A stretch of 64,000 bases of DNA from a virus. Taxonomy: Duplodnaviria; Heunggongvirae; Uroviricota; Caudoviricetes. The stretch lies in the IMG/VR virus record IMGVR_UViG_3300008267_008434; one strand, written 5' to 3'. A program made the translations under genes and the position numbers. This document shows positions 38,071-49,487 of this stretch, piece after piece. Each line of letters starts with the position of its first letter. The first letter of the stretch is position 1. The notes beneath the pieces are model-generated. The model did not search any database, was not told the origin of the DNA, and saw only the letters and a list, made by a program, of their open reading frames with translations.

Positions 38071-38529
38071 ATGGCAAATGGAGTAACATATGGAATAAAT
38101 TTCCCCTTTCAAAATTCGTATGTGGGAAAGTATTTAGATTGTTCTGATACAACAGATGAAGAAGTGAGGAGTAATCTTATTCATTTACTTTTAACAAGAA
38201 AAGGTACTAGGTATTTTTTACCTGATTTTGGTACTAGACTATATGAATATATTTTTGAACCATTGGATGGACCTACATTTTCGGAAATAGAATCAGAGAT
38301 TAGAGATTCGGTATCAACTTATATGCCAGGTTTAACTGTTACTAATGTTAAAATAACAGATGCCTCAATGGAAGAAGAAAATAAAGGAACATACATAAAT
38401 GGTGAGGATAAAAGAGAATATACTGTCTCAAATATATCACAATTAGAACACACGGCAAAAATTAGAATTGATTATAAAACGACTAATACCGCTTTTGAAT
38501 CAAGTGATTTTGTTATTATTAATATTTAA
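38071..38529 (+). CDS. baseplate wedge protein (gp25-like)
   Basis: 'LIHLLLTRKGTRYFLPDFGTRLYEYIFEP' gp25 signature. Confidence 0.9.
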   Translation: MANGVTYGINFPFQNSYVGKYLDCSDTTDEEVRSNLIHLLLTRKGTRYFLPDFGTRLYEYIFEPLDGPTFSEIESEIRDSVSTYMPGLTVTNVKITDASMEEENKGTYINGEDKREYTVSNISQLEHTAKIRIDYKTTNTAFESSDFVIINI

Positions 38530-38535
38530 TAGTAT

Positions 38536-40374
38536 ATGGCAAATAAAAAAATATCGTACACAACGAGAGATTTTCAGGGGATAAGAACTGAGTTAATAAA
38601 TTTTACAAGAACTTATTATCCTGATTTAGTTCAGAATTTTAATGATGCTGGAATATTTTCGGTAATGTTAGACTTAAATGCCGCAGTAACCGACAACCTA
38701 CATTTTAATATTGATAGAAGTATCCAAGAAACCGTATTACAATACGCACAACAAAAATCATCAATCTATAATATTGCAAGAACTTATGGTTTAAAAATAC
38801 CTGGGTTGAGACCTTCAGTTGCATTGGTTGACTTCTCAATTACAGTTCCTGCGTTTGGGGATAGAGAAGATTTAAGATATTGTGGTATTTTGAGAAGAGG
38901 TTCACAAGTTAATGGTGCTGGACAACCTTTTGAAACTGTATATGATATTGATTTTGCATCGGCAATTAATGCTGAAGGATCACCAAATAGATTAAAAATA
39001 CCTAATTTTGATGGTAGTGGTAAATTAGTTAACTATACAATTGTAAAAAGAGAAGTGGTAGTTAATGGAGTAACAAAAGTATTTAGAAGAGTTGTAACTC
39101 CAAATGATGTTAAACCATTCTTTGAACTTTTCTTACCTGAAAAAAATGTATTGGGAATCACAAGTGTATTATTAAAAGATGGTACACAATATTCTACGGT
39201 ACCAAGTCCACAGGAGTTTTTAGGTTTAGAAAATAGATGGTATGAAGTACCTGCTTTAGTTGAGAATAGAGTGTTTATTGAAGACCCTACAAAGGTATCT
39301 GATCAACCAGGAGTTAAAGTCGGTAAATACATAACCACAGATAATAAATTAATTACTGAATATACACCTGAAGGGTTTATGAAATTAACTTTTGGTGGTG
39401 GTAATGTTTCTGCAGACGAACAATTAAGAGATTTTGCAAGAAATGGATATCAATTAGATTTAAGTAAATATATTAATAATTTAGCTTTGGGTGCGGCTTT
39501 AAAATCTAACTCAACACTATTCATACAATATAGAGTCGGTGGTGGACAAGGAACGAATTTAGGTGTTAATATTATAAATCAAATAGGTACCGTTTCATTT
39601 TATGTGAATGGACCGTCACAATCCGTAAATACTACTGTTATTAATTCATTATCATGTAATAATGTTACTGCGGCAATTGGAGGGGCAAATGCTCCATCAA
39701 CAGAAGAAGTTAGACAATATGTGACATATAATTTTGCCGCACAAAATAGAGCGGTAACTATAAATGATTATGAATCCATTTTAAGAAATATGCCGTCACA
39801 ATTTGGGGCACCTGGTAAAGTTGCAATTACGGAAGAAAACAACAAAATTAAAATTAAAATGTTATCTTACGACGCTGAAGGTAAATTAACTGAAGTAATA
39901 TCAAATACATTAAAAAATAATGTCGCCAATTACCTTTCTAATTATAGAATGATAAATGACTATATCTCAATTGAAACTGCAAATGTTATTGACTTAAGTG
40001 TTAATGTTGATGTAGTATTAGATGCGAGTCAAAATCAAGGTGCGGTAGTTACTAAAATAATTGATATTATATCAAACTATTTTAGTCCATTACAAAGACA
40101 GATGGGTGAGAATGTTTATGTATCCGAAATAAGACGATTAATTCAAAATGAAAATGGGGTTATTAGTATTTCCGATATAAGTTTTATTAATAATGTTGGA
40201 GGACAATATTCATCATCACAAACATCACAACCTTACTCTGATTCGGCAACTAAAGAGATTGGATTAATTACTGACACTATATTTGCAGAACCAACTCAAA
40301 TTTACCAAATTAGATATCCAAATAAAGATATTAATGTTAGAGTTCTTAATTTAAAAACGGTGAATTTCTCTTGA
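38536..40374 (+). CDS. baseplate wedge protein (gp6 / baseplate-J-like)
   Basis: 'RDFQGIRTELI', 'YRVGGGQGTN', and 'GGANAPSTEEVR...AQNRAVTINDY' motifs. Confidence 0.88.
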   Translation: MANKKISYTTRDFQGIRTELINFTRTYYPDLVQNFNDAGIFSVMLDLNAAVTDNLHFNIDRSIQETVLQYAQQKSSIYNIARTYGLKIPGLRPSVALVDFSITVPAFGDREDLRYCGILRRGSQVNGAGQPFETVYDIDFASAINAEGSPNRLKIPNFDGSGKLVNYTIVKREVVVNGVTKVFRRVVTPNDVKPFFELFLPEKNVLGITSVLLKDGTQYSTVPSPQEFLGLENRWYEVPALVENRVFIEDPTKVSDQPGVKVGKYITTDNKLITEYTPEGFMKLTFGGGNVSADEQLRDFARNGYQLDLSKYINNLALGAALKSNSTLFIQYRVGGGQGTNLGVNIINQIGTVSFYVNGPSQSVNTTVINSLSCNNVTAAIGGANAPSTEEVRQYVTYNFAAQNRAVTINDYESILRNMPSQFGAPGKVAITEENNKIKIKMLSYDAEGKLTEVISNTLKNNVANYLSNYRMINDYISIETANVIDLSVNVDVVLDASQNQGAVVTKIIDIISNYFSPLQRQMGENVYVSEIRRLIQNENGVISISDISFINNVGGQYSSSQTSQPYSDSATKEIGLITDTIFAEPTQIYQIRYPNKDINVRVLNLKTVNFS

Positions 40375-40446
40375 TGATTTATTTTTAGAATAAAAGAATT
40401 ATTTTTTGAAAATAGGAAATAAACTATTTATCAAAAAAAGAATTTA

Positions 40447-43400
40447 ATGCCAAAATCATATAGAATTAGAACCGAGCCAGGTGTAGATAAATCCATAAAA
40501 ATACAATTAGATCAGGATTTTGAATACTTGGAGATTTTATCTTTGAAGATATTTCAAAATGATATATACACTCGTATGTGTTCTGATTACGGTGTTGTTG
40601 TAGGTAGAGTATTAGTTAACGGAGGTTTTGGGGTACCAAACGCTAAAGTATCGGTGTTCATCCCAATAACTGACGAAGATGAACAAAACCCAATTATTTC
40701 TCAATTATATCCATATAAAAACATTGATGATTTAAATGACGATGGTTATAGATATAATTTATTACCTTATGAACCTTCATATCAAGGACATTCAGCAACA
40801 GGTACATTTCCAAGTAGAGAGGATGTTTTAACCGATGCAGCATTAGTTGAGGTATACGACAAATATTATAAGTTTACTGTAAAAACAAATGAAAGTGGTG
40901 ACTATATGATATTTGGGGTACCAACTGGAGAACAAACAATATTTATGGATGTTGATTTATCCGATATTGGGTGTTTCTCATTATCACCACAAGATTTAAT
41001 TAACTCAGGATTAGCAACAGAAACTCAAGTTGATGGGAACAAGTTCAAAACTTCAACCAACTTACGAGAATTACCACAAGTTAAAACATTAAATAAAATA
41101 GTTCAAGTACAACCATTATGGGGTGAACCTGAAATTTGTTTATTGGGTATCACAAGAGTTGATTTTGATTTAACGGCATCTGCTAATGTAAACATACAAC
41201 CGACTTCTGTGTTTATGGGTTCAATGTTCTCAACAACAAATGAGGATGCGGTTAAGAAAAGTTGTAAACCAAAGATTAACACAGGAAATATGTGTGAACT
41301 AATTGCGGGTCCTGGACAAATATTGGCAATTAGACAAACAATTAATACTGATGATAATGGATATCCTGTTCTTGAACAATATAGATTAGAACAGGATGGT
41401 AAGATAATTGATGGTGAGGGTACTTGGTTGGTTAATTTACCAATGAATTTGGATTATGTAACAACAAATGAATTTGGTGAACAGGTATTATCTAACGATC
41501 CAAAAGTGGGAATACCAACCACTTCAAAGTACAGATTTAAAATTAAGTGGCAAAACGAAGAGGGTTTGCAAAATAACTTTATGAGAGGTAACTATTTGGT
41601 ACCTAATATTAAAGAACACGGATGGAATAGTACTGATGAGAATAATGATCCATTTAAAAATTCTGATACATATACAAGTGAATATCAAGCGTCAATACCT
41701 GTTGGATCAACATCATTGTCTGTTGGACCAATACCTAGAGGGGGGTTCTTTCTTAATAGTGTGGTAAATACACAACAATTAACAATTGAAGTAAACGGAG
41801 TTCCATATTATGGTAGTTTGGATAGTGTACCATTACCCAATGTCAACAATATAATTACATTTAATGCAATACCAATAGATAATACACAACCTATTGATAT
41901 TGTGTTCACAATATATGACGAACCACTATTTAACCTATTAAGATCTTACGCATTCAGTTTAGATTGGGATGATTATTATGATACTCAAGCGGCAATTGAT
42001 TGTGAGGATAGTTTTTATAAATTTCATTACAATAAAGTTTATACCGTAAGTTCATTTATTGATAGGTATAAAAATGGTAGCAATAGAGCCAGACATCTTG
42101 GGATTAAAGAAATTACAAATAGAACTTGTCAGAGTGAAAATAACAAATTACCTGTTAATGATTTAGTTAGGAATTTTGACTTCATATTCTTCTTATTCAC
42201 TTTGTTACTTGCAATAGTATCACCAATGATTGTTATTATAATAGTTGTAAATCACGTATTGGCATTAATATATCCAATAATAGTTGCAATAGCTAACTTT
42301 GTTATAAAATTAGTTAATGGTATTGTTTATAACATATGTAAAATTGTTAAAAATTTAGGAGGTAATGTTGAATGTAAAAAAGAAACATTAGAACCAATGA
42401 GTGAAGATAACCCATTCAAAAGGTTATCATTACCAATGATGACATATCCTGATTGTGAGGCTTGTTCTTGTCCTGATGAGAGTTTGGTAACATCAAGTTC
42501 TGTTGCGGGTTCTTGGAATGCCGCGGCGTTAGGTATTAATATATCAATATTAAGTGATTTAGGTACTTTAGGTAGTTATAGTACTTGGACATTGAATCCC
42601 ACAAACAATCCTTGCGGATTAACCTTTTCCTCAACTCCGGACCAAACGGCTTGGGATCAAGGTTCTCAACAATTATTTGCTGGGGCAGTTAATCCCGCTA
42701 GAGTTTATTATAAAGTACCAATATGGGAGGAATTAGGTCCTGATGGTGCTAGTGCTAATTCGGGACAATTGTTTAAAAGATTTGGTGATGGTATGACATT
42801 GGCTCAATCAATGAACATGGCTAATCTTAGATCGAGATACTTTGATATTACCGCTAGAAACAGAATCACAGTAACACCAAACCCAACATTGGTTGGTACA
42901 ACAACTTTAGGTGTTGGTGGTAATTCATATCAAGATTTATCAATGATAATGTTAGCGGATCAGGGCACAATTAGTCAGTTAGTGGGTAAAGTAATTTCTT
43001 TTACTAATCCGGTGAATACTAATGACTTTAATGTTACAGGTGGTACCGAAAATCAATTTGGGGGAAATGCAATAACAGGGACTACATTAGGGGTTGGCAC
43101 ATATACAGTACCTTTAACTTATATGAATGACTTAGGTGTTAATATAACATCAGATATAACTGTTGTTGGTACTGAAAGTGAAAAGGAATATTTATATAAA
43201 TCAGGTATAGAGTATTTCCAAGTAGTTGCCGGATATACATGGGATGAACTTGTATCCACAGGTCCATTACAACCACAAGGTACCTATGTTGGATCAACAG
43301 TAACTAATTCAGGAGTGTTGTGGAAGTACTTCTTTCAAAATAAAATAAGCTATTTAAATCCAACGGCAAGTTCTCACACACCACCTTGGTTTTGGTTTAA

Positions 43401-45711
43401 TGATTATCAACAACAAGAAATTTTAATATTAGTTAGAGGTGTTGATCCATATACTGAAAAACAAGAAATAAAATACGATTTATCTGAATTATTTGGACAA
43501 CCATTGGGTACCACAACAGTTACGGGAGAATATTTTTTAAATATTCCGATACAACAAAATTCTGGTAACCCGACATATTATTATGATCAACAAACACCTG
43601 AATCACATAGTTTAGCAACATCAAACTCAAATACATTTTTATTTCATCAACCAATAGGATTTACGGTAGATACCTCGGCGTTTACTGCATTCACAACCGA
43701 TTCACCACGATATTACATATCAACAGATAAATCAACAATATCTTATATTCACGGTTCGTATGATGCGGGGTATCCTATGTCAAACTGGATAGAGGCAAAT
43801 GGTAGAGTTGAGAATGGTAATGGACTACCTCAAATTTTTAGATGGAAAAGTACTATTGGTGCAACAACAATATTAAGTGATTTTATAGGTAGAGTTGATG
43901 GTGGCTCATTTACGGTTACAAATGCAATTAACTATATTTGTTATGATGGAGGACTTGGACTTATTGGTCCACCGGTATTCTCAACAACCAGCCCATTAGC
44001 AAGATGTTACGCACCTGCATATCATGTGAGTGCAAATGGTAATATACCATTAACAACAAATATAACCCCAAGTCAAAATTTAATATTTAGATCAGATAGG
44101 TTACCTACATCTGACTCAACAGATACTGTTGGATATAACTCATTCCCATTACATCAAAATAATAACTTTACATTCTACGCAATTGATGAACAAGGACAGG
44201 TAACTAACTTTAACGCTTCAGGTGATGGAGTACAAGGATTAAATGATTTAGATGCGTTTAGTGAATTAGGAACAGGATCTACGTCAACAATTGTGGAAAC
44301 ATTTAGTTGTGAAGGAATGGTTCCATTAAAATGTTATTCAGGTGCGGGAATTAATTTTGGTGTTTCAGATCCTTGTACTTTTAATCAAACAGGAGAAAAT
44401 GGTGTAAATAAAAGAGTTAATGGTGGATGTTATTATTTTGTTGATGACAAATTAGTGAAAACTATTAAAGATGACATTAAGTATTTAGCGGAATGGAGAA
44501 CAAGATTTAGAATCATATTTGGAGCTTGTAGAGGAGTGTTTGGGCATATGTTCCAAAACAATTGGATTAACGGTACATTATATATGCCAACATTCAATAA
44601 ACAAACAACGTATAATATAATAGGACAACCTAATTATAATTTCTGTGAAGATATTGTAATGTTTAATGATATTAGTAATAACTTCTATTATAGAAGTACT
44701 CCATATGCGGATAATATAGGTGAATTTATTGGTGGACCTCAACCAACCATAAGTAACTTCTTCACTAATTTGACAGGATATCAACCACAAGATGATTCAC
44801 AAAATACAAGACAAATTCTATTCCCAACTACAATTATGGATTTAGGAAAAAGAGACGAATTTATATCAGAGATTTGTGGGGATCCGGACTTCAGTGGTAA
44901 ATATTTAGCGAATACAATAAAAAGTACTTCATATCAAGATAGTTCAGATGTATTACAGTTAGCAATAATCTCAAGAATAGTAAACTCAACATTCTTAGAA
45001 CAAGTACTATCTATCCAAAATGGTGGTATTGAACAATTCTTTAATCGACCTGGAGATAGAATTGATGGAGATATTGCACAATCCTTCTCAATAAATTCGG
45101 AATATCAAGTCAATCCGTTTATCGGTGGTAACTATCCTGATGATTATATATGGGTTGCACAAAATACAAATGGGGAACCTGTTTTTGGGATATTCTATAA
45201 TACAAGTGAAAACGAATATAGAAATAGGAGAGCATTGTCACCTGGGTATAATATTTACAGTTTCCAAACCAATCCTCCATTACAAACATATATAGGATAC
45301 CCTGATACACAAGAAGTTCCATTATATAAATGGAAAATTGACACAAGTAACGCCAATAGTATTTTTGGAAATCAAGACAATACATGGTATACCGATAGTA
45401 GTGGTGGTGGTTTTTATAAAAGAGGATATCAAGATTTAGACGCAGTATCGGACGATTATTTTAAGACTTCTGATATGTCTCAGACATTCCCTAACATTTA
45501 TTATGGGTTTATTACAAATTTTGCGGTACCGCCAGCACCACCCGCAATACCACCCGCAGTACCACCCGCACAACCTAACCCATCTACCGTATTACCATCG
45601 GCTAATGGAGTTTTAGTTGGTTCACCAAACCATTTCTATTTTGGATTAAAAAACGGAAAAACCGCATTAAATAGATTTATAAAAATATATATAGATACAG
45701 AATTAGACTAA
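40447..45711 (+). CDS. large virion-associated protein with a carboxypeptidase-regulatory-like N-terminal domain and a long hydrophobic segment
   Basis: 'YGVVVGRV...GVPNAKVSVF...KTNESGDYMIFGVPTG' prealbumin-like fold pattern, plus a ~55-aa apolar stretch. Confidence 0.6.
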   Translation: MPKSYRIRTEPGVDKSIKIQLDQDFEYLEILSLKIFQNDIYTRMCSDYGVVVGRVLVNGGFGVPNAKVSVFIPITDEDEQNPIISQLYPYKNIDDLNDDGYRYNLLPYEPSYQGHSATGTFPSREDVLTDAALVEVYDKYYKFTVKTNESGDYMIFGVPTGEQTIFMDVDLSDIGCFSLSPQDLINSGLATETQVDGNKFKTSTNLRELPQVKTLNKIVQVQPLWGEPEICLLGITRVDFDLTASANVNIQPTSVFMGSMFSTTNEDAVKKSCKPKINTGNMCELIAGPGQILAIRQTINTDDNGYPVLEQYRLEQDGKIIDGEGTWLVNLPMNLDYVTTNEFGEQVLSNDPKVGIPTTSKYRFKIKWQNEEGLQNNFMRGNYLVPNIKEHGWNSTDENNDPFKNSDTYTSEYQASIPVGSTSLSVGPIPRGGFFLNSVVNTQQLTIEVNGVPYYGSLDSVPLPNVNNIITFNAIPIDNTQPIDIVFTIYDEPLFNLLRSYAFSLDWDDYYDTQAAIDCEDSFYKFHYNKVYTVSSFIDRYKNGSNRARHLGIKEITNRTCQSENNKLPVNDLVRNFDFIFFLFTLLLAIVSPMIVIIIVVNHVLALIYPIIVAIANFVIKLVNGIVYNICKIVKNLGGNVECKKETLEPMSEDNPFKRLSLPMMTYPDCEACSCPDESLVTSSSVAGSWNAAALGINISILSDLGTLGSYSTWTLNPTNNPCGLTFSSTPDQTAWDQGSQQLFAGAVNPARVYYKVPIWEELGPDGASANSGQLFKRFGDGMTLAQSMNMANLRSRYFDITARNRITVTPNPTLVGTTTLGVGGNSYQDLSMIMLADQGTISQLVGKVISFTNPVNTNDFNVTGGTENQFGGNAITGTTLGVGTYTVPLTYMNDLGVNITSDITVVGTESEKEYLYKSGIEYFQVVAGYTWDELVSTGPLQPQGTYVGSTVTNSGVLWKYFFQNKISYLNPTASSHTPPWFWFNDYQQQEILILVRGVDPYTEKQEIKYDLSELFGQPLGTTTVTGEYFLNIPIQQNSGNPTYYYDQQTPESHSLATSNSNTFLFHQPIGFTVDTSAFTAFTTDSPRYYISTDKSTISYIHGSYDAGYPMSNWIEANGRVENGNGLPQIFRWKSTIGATTILSDFIGRVDGGSFTVTNAINYICYDGGLGLIGPPVFSTTSPLARCYAPAYHVSANGNIPLTTNITPSQNLIFRSDRLPTSDSTDTVGYNSFPLHQNNNFTFYAIDEQGQVTNFNASGDGVQGLNDLDAFSELGTGSTSTIVETFSCEGMVPLKCYSGAGINFGVSDPCTFNQTGENGVNKRVNGGCYYFVDDKLVKTIKDDIKYLAEWRTRFRIIFGACRGVFGHMFQNNWINGTLYMPTFNKQTTYNIIGQPNYNFCEDIVMFNDISNNFYYRSTPYADNIGEFIGGPQPTISNFFTNLTGYQPQDDSQNTRQILFPTTIMDLGKRDEFISEICGDPDFSGKYLANTIKSTSYQDSSDVLQLAIISRIVNSTFLEQVLSIQNGGIEQFFNRPGDRIDGDIAQSFSINSEYQVNPFIGGNYPDDYIWVAQNTNGEPVFGIFYNTSENEYRNRRALSPGYNIYSFQTNPPLQTYIGYPDTQEVPLYKWKIDTSNANSIFGNQDNTWYTDSSGGGFYKRGYQDLDAVSDDYFKTSDMSQTFPNIYYGFITNFAVPPAPPAIPPAVPPAQPNPSTVLPSANGVLVGSPNHFYFGLKNGKTALNRFIKIYIDTELD

Positions 45712-47459
45712 TGGGTATTGATAACGAAACAAGAATTATTTTAGGATCTCTGAGAAATAAAGTTTCTCCTAATGTTGATATGCTATCTAATATAACATTA
45801 GAACAGACACAAAGAGAAAATATTGAATTTGATAGAACTGCGGATGTAAATTTACAACAACTTTATATTAATGAAAGGGAAGCGTCTCAAATTTTTAGAC
45901 CTACTTGTAAATTTTCATTCATATTTAAAAATAATTATGTTGGATCTACAAACTATACTCCGTTTAAAAATAATATGTTTTATGCAAACGCAATACAAAA
46001 TGCGGTTACCGCAACTGTAAACCCAAATTTACCTTGGGATGGTTATCCTCAGTATTTTGAATTTGATTTTATTAGAACGGATAATAATAATCCTGGATAC
46101 ACACAACCCCCAAATAATCATTTGACTTTTGTTAATAAAAGTGCGACTACATATAATTGGACTCATTACATGAGTTATGCTTATGATAATAACCCAAACA
46201 AACAATTAGAAGCGGTTGATCAACAAACAACAACATCTTGGTCGTGGGTGGCATCTGATGGTATCCCATTTATTATTGTTGTTGGAAGTAATGACAATAC
46301 AAGAGTTATATCTTTTAGATGTGTTATGCCACATGGGTTAAATATAGGGGATTATGTTTATTTATCTTTTGATTATTTTGGAGATCAGTTGTTTTTAGTA
46401 TCTAGTTTAGGTGATACGGGGTTTGGTAGTGAAGAGTACATTTTCAACATAGACAACATAGGTTATATCGGTACAACATTTAATCAGGGAGTTACTGGTA
46501 CTTTTAAAAAAGTATTGGATGATGCGAATTCAGGGGAAACAATGTCAACTTATTATGTGAGAAGACATAAAATACTCACAAGTTCTGATAACGCAGTGTT
46601 GGTTAAAGCCGGATTTGAACAAAATATATTTACATCAAAAAGTAAGTTAGAACCTGCAGTTTTAACCCCAAATAATCTTGTAAGAACATCTGTTAAGGAA
46701 GGTAATCAATCTTACACATTAACATTTAATTCTGACATTGATATAACAGGATTAATTGATAATCAAAAACGACCTTTAAGTGAATTATACTTCACTACTA
46801 TATGGAAAGGTTATTTTGGGTGGACAAACCCATTAAAGGAAGGATTTACATTCAACCTACCATTAGTTAATAATGAACCTTCACCTTGGTGGGATATAAA
46901 TAATGTATCGTCAGATGCTAATTTACCAATAGGTATTTATTTTAGTCAAACTACACCACCTGTTGGACCTTTTGTTTATAATGAAAATTTACAAATAGGT
47001 GATATAGTTGACGGAGATTACTGTGAATTTAATGCATACAACCAAGAAGAAAGAGTAATATCAAATATTCTACACAAATTTACATTTAACCCAACATATT
47101 TTAATTTAACTGGTAATACTACATCTAATAATACAAATCAATTAGGATACTATTATCAACCACATAAAACTGTAGTAATCAGAAGATTTTCTGATTATAT
47201 TGAAGAAGGTGATGCTCAATTAATCGTTGGGGTACCCGATTATTCGTTCTATTCAAATTTATCAAATAGTTTTAGATGGAGAGATTTATATCCTTTTGGA
47301 TATATTGATGCAAGTGGTATTGGTGTTGACTTCCCATTTATTAATGGAAAACATTATCCGTTTGTTGAAAACATATTTAGATTAATACCTGAAGGTAGTC
47401 AAATTGGTAACCAATTCATAAACGAAATTGCAGAACCTACAATAGATGAGTGTGAATAA
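45711..47459 (+). CDS. putative baseplate/structural protein
   Basis: TAATG-coupled ORF in the baseplate operon; function not recognised. Confidence 0.55.
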   Translation: MGIDNETRIILGSLRNKVSPNVDMLSNITLEQTQRENIEFDRTADVNLQQLYINEREASQIFRPTCKFSFIFKNNYVGSTNYTPFKNNMFYANAIQNAVTATVNPNLPWDGYPQYFEFDFIRTDNNNPGYTQPPNNHLTFVNKSATTYNWTHYMSYAYDNNPNKQLEAVDQQTTTSWSWVASDGIPFIIVVGSNDNTRVISFRCVMPHGLNIGDYVYLSFDYFGDQLFLVSSLGDTGFGSEEYIFNIDNIGYIGTTFNQGVTGTFKKVLDDANSGETMSTYYVRRHKILTSSDNAVLVKAGFEQNIFTSKSKLEPAVLTPNNLVRTSVKEGNQSYTLTFNSDIDITGLIDNQKRPLSELYFTTIWKGYFGWTNPLKEGFTFNLPLVNNEPSPWWDINNVSSDANLPIGIYFSQTTPPVGPFVYNENLQIGDIVDGDYCEFNAYNQEERVISNILHKFTFNPTYFNLTGNTTSNNTNQLGYYYQPHKTVVIRRFSDYIEEGDAQLIVGVPDYSFYSNLSNSFRWRDLYPFGYIDASGIGVDFPFINGKHYPFVENIFRLIPEGSQIGNQFINEIAEPTIDECE

Positions 47460-48264
47460 ATATAAGATAGTAATCCCCGCAAATGACAAACAAATTGACA
47501 TTCCAATTGAACTTAAGTGGGACTTTGGAGGAAGAGATGGTGGTATTGAAGATTATGAAAAAACCATTTTAGGTGAGATAGTTGGAATACCAAATGATTT
47601 TGAAGTTGATAGATTTTCACATGATAATTACGATATATTAAATGTTTTAAAAACTTCGTTAAATTATGAGTTTTATTTTTATAACGGGCTACCTCAAAAT
47701 ATACCATCGGCAAATATTTCTAACTATGTGAGTAGTTATACTACAGTTGGGTTTACTGAGAAAGAAATATACTATTATAGTAATCCGTTCACTAAATCAT
47801 TTTTTAAATTAGATTTTTATGACACTGCGGATCCAATAAGTCAAAAAATATATTTTACCATAATTTTACCTGTACAACAAGGGTTTACAGAGTCGGTTTC
47901 AATATCTACATTATTACCAAATGTTGATGTTAAAAAACCAACAATGAGATTGGATTTTATTGGTGATAAGGAAGGGTTTTTTATATATTGGTTAAGAAAG
48001 AGAGACTTTATAGATTTAACAGAATTTTATATGTCGGCAAAGTTCTTTAATGGAAGAACAGGGACTTACGCAACTATGGTTAATCAACCACAGTTCCAAA
48101 TACCAAATCCGTACACATTTAATGGTGATAATTATTTTTATTATAAAGTTAATTTAAATTATAACAATAAAACTTATCAGGTTTACCGACCTGATAATAA
48201 TGTACAAAGAGTGGGGTTGGAAAATAACCCAATTATTTGGTTTGAATATGTAAATCCTGTATAA
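47446..48264 (+). CDS. putative structural protein
   Basis: Overlapping ORF in the same operon; aromatic-rich. Confidence 0.55.
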   Translation: MSVNKYKIVIPANDKQIDIPIELKWDFGGRDGGIEDYEKTILGEIVGIPNDFEVDRFSHDNYDILNVLKTSLNYEFYFYNGLPQNIPSANISNYVSSYTTVGFTEKEIYYYSNPFTKSFFKLDFYDTADPISQKIYFTIILPVQQGFTESVSISTLLPNVDVKKPTMRLDFIGDKEGFFIYWLRKRDFIDLTEFYMSAKFFNGRTGTYATMVNQPQFQIPNPYTFNGDNYFYYKVNLNYNNKTYQVYRPDNNVQRVGLENNPIIWFEYVNPV

Positions 48265-48265
48265 A

Positions 48266-49438
48266 ATGGTTGAGCAAAAGTATTATTTTAAAATATCACC
48301 CGAAAATATAAAAGGGGATTTAATTACGGTAAATTATACTGGTGGTACTGATTATATTTATGATGTTGATCCTTGTTGCCCAATAACTGCAATAACTGAG
48401 AATACATTAACAGGATCAACAGGTGTTTATACGGGAATGACATATGTTCTGTCAGGAGCGTCTGGAGGAACATCAATTTTAACAGGATTAACTATACCGA
48501 TTCTCTTAACTCAAACAGGAGTGGATTACGGTTATTATTCTGTTTTTGATGGTGCGATATTACAAAAAGAAGTTATCACCAACTTTATGTTCTCTGCAAC
48601 GACAGGTAGTCCATACACCTATTACTTTTATAATACTTCAGATTTAGAGTTAAAAAAGTTTTTAGAATTAACAACATTTAAGGTAGATTGGGGTGATGGG
48701 TCAACAGTTCAGACAATAACAGGAACGGCACCATTATCACATAGTTACCCAATAGGTAATGGTCAGTACACAATAACGATGACTGCGACATCACCTTGGG
48801 GAATATCCCAAGTATCAAAAACAATAACTGTACCGTTTGTTTTTGTACCTAATTTAGATCCGTTTGGTGTCGCAACATTTACACCTGCGGGTGGTAATTG
48901 GTCGGCAACTTCATTTAATTATGATTATATATTTAGTGGTGATTCTAATACAAATATAGATGATTTCTATAGTTATAATTACACCACAGTACCATTCACA
49001 ATCACAGGATATACCCAATCATCTATAAATGACTTAGCTCAGTATGGACCTAAATATTTATTAGCTGAAGGGAAGTTTAAACCTGGCATTCAAGTGACAG
49101 GAACATCAAATAGTGTTGGTACATATTGGGGTCCTGACCCAAGTGGAACTTATGTTTCATATACGATAGATGGTGTTGATTATTATGACTATCCTGATGG
49201 TACAACATTATATGTAATACAGTCTTCAGGTTTCACTCAAGATGATTTGGTATTGTCGGCATTAACAAAAAATGAGGCATTAATTAATGTCATTGATCAA
49301 CCCGAAATACAGTCCAATATATTCATAGAAAGAGGTAAAATGTCTGCATTAGAATATATTGAAAGACTTGGTGAAGTTGATAATGTTGGTGACTTAACCA
49401 AATATGGATATGGGTTTTTTAATGTGGAAAAACAATGA
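48266..49438 (+). CDS. structural protein with a PKD-like domain
   Basis: 'FKVDWGDGSTVQTITGTAPLSHSY...YTITMTA' is the PKD signature. Confidence 0.65.
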   Translation: MVEQKYYFKISPENIKGDLITVNYTGGTDYIYDVDPCCPITAITENTLTGSTGVYTGMTYVLSGASGGTSILTGLTIPILLTQTGVDYGYYSVFDGAILQKEVITNFMFSATTGSPYTYYFYNTSDLELKKFLELTTFKVDWGDGSTVQTITGTAPLSHSYPIGNGQYTITMTATSPWGISQVSKTITVPFVFVPNLDPFGVATFTPAGGNWSATSFNYDYIFSGDSNTNIDDFYSYNYTTVPFTITGYTQSSINDLAQYGPKYLLAEGKFKPGIQVTGTSNSVGTYWGPDPSGTYVSYTIDGVDYYDYPDGTTLYVIQSSGFTQDDLVLSALTKNEALINVIDQPEIQSNIFIERGKMSALEYIERLGEVDNVGDLTKYGYGFFNVEKQ

Positions 49439-49487
49439 TTTTAAGTATTTATATTTAAAACGATAAACAATATAAAAGATATTAATA

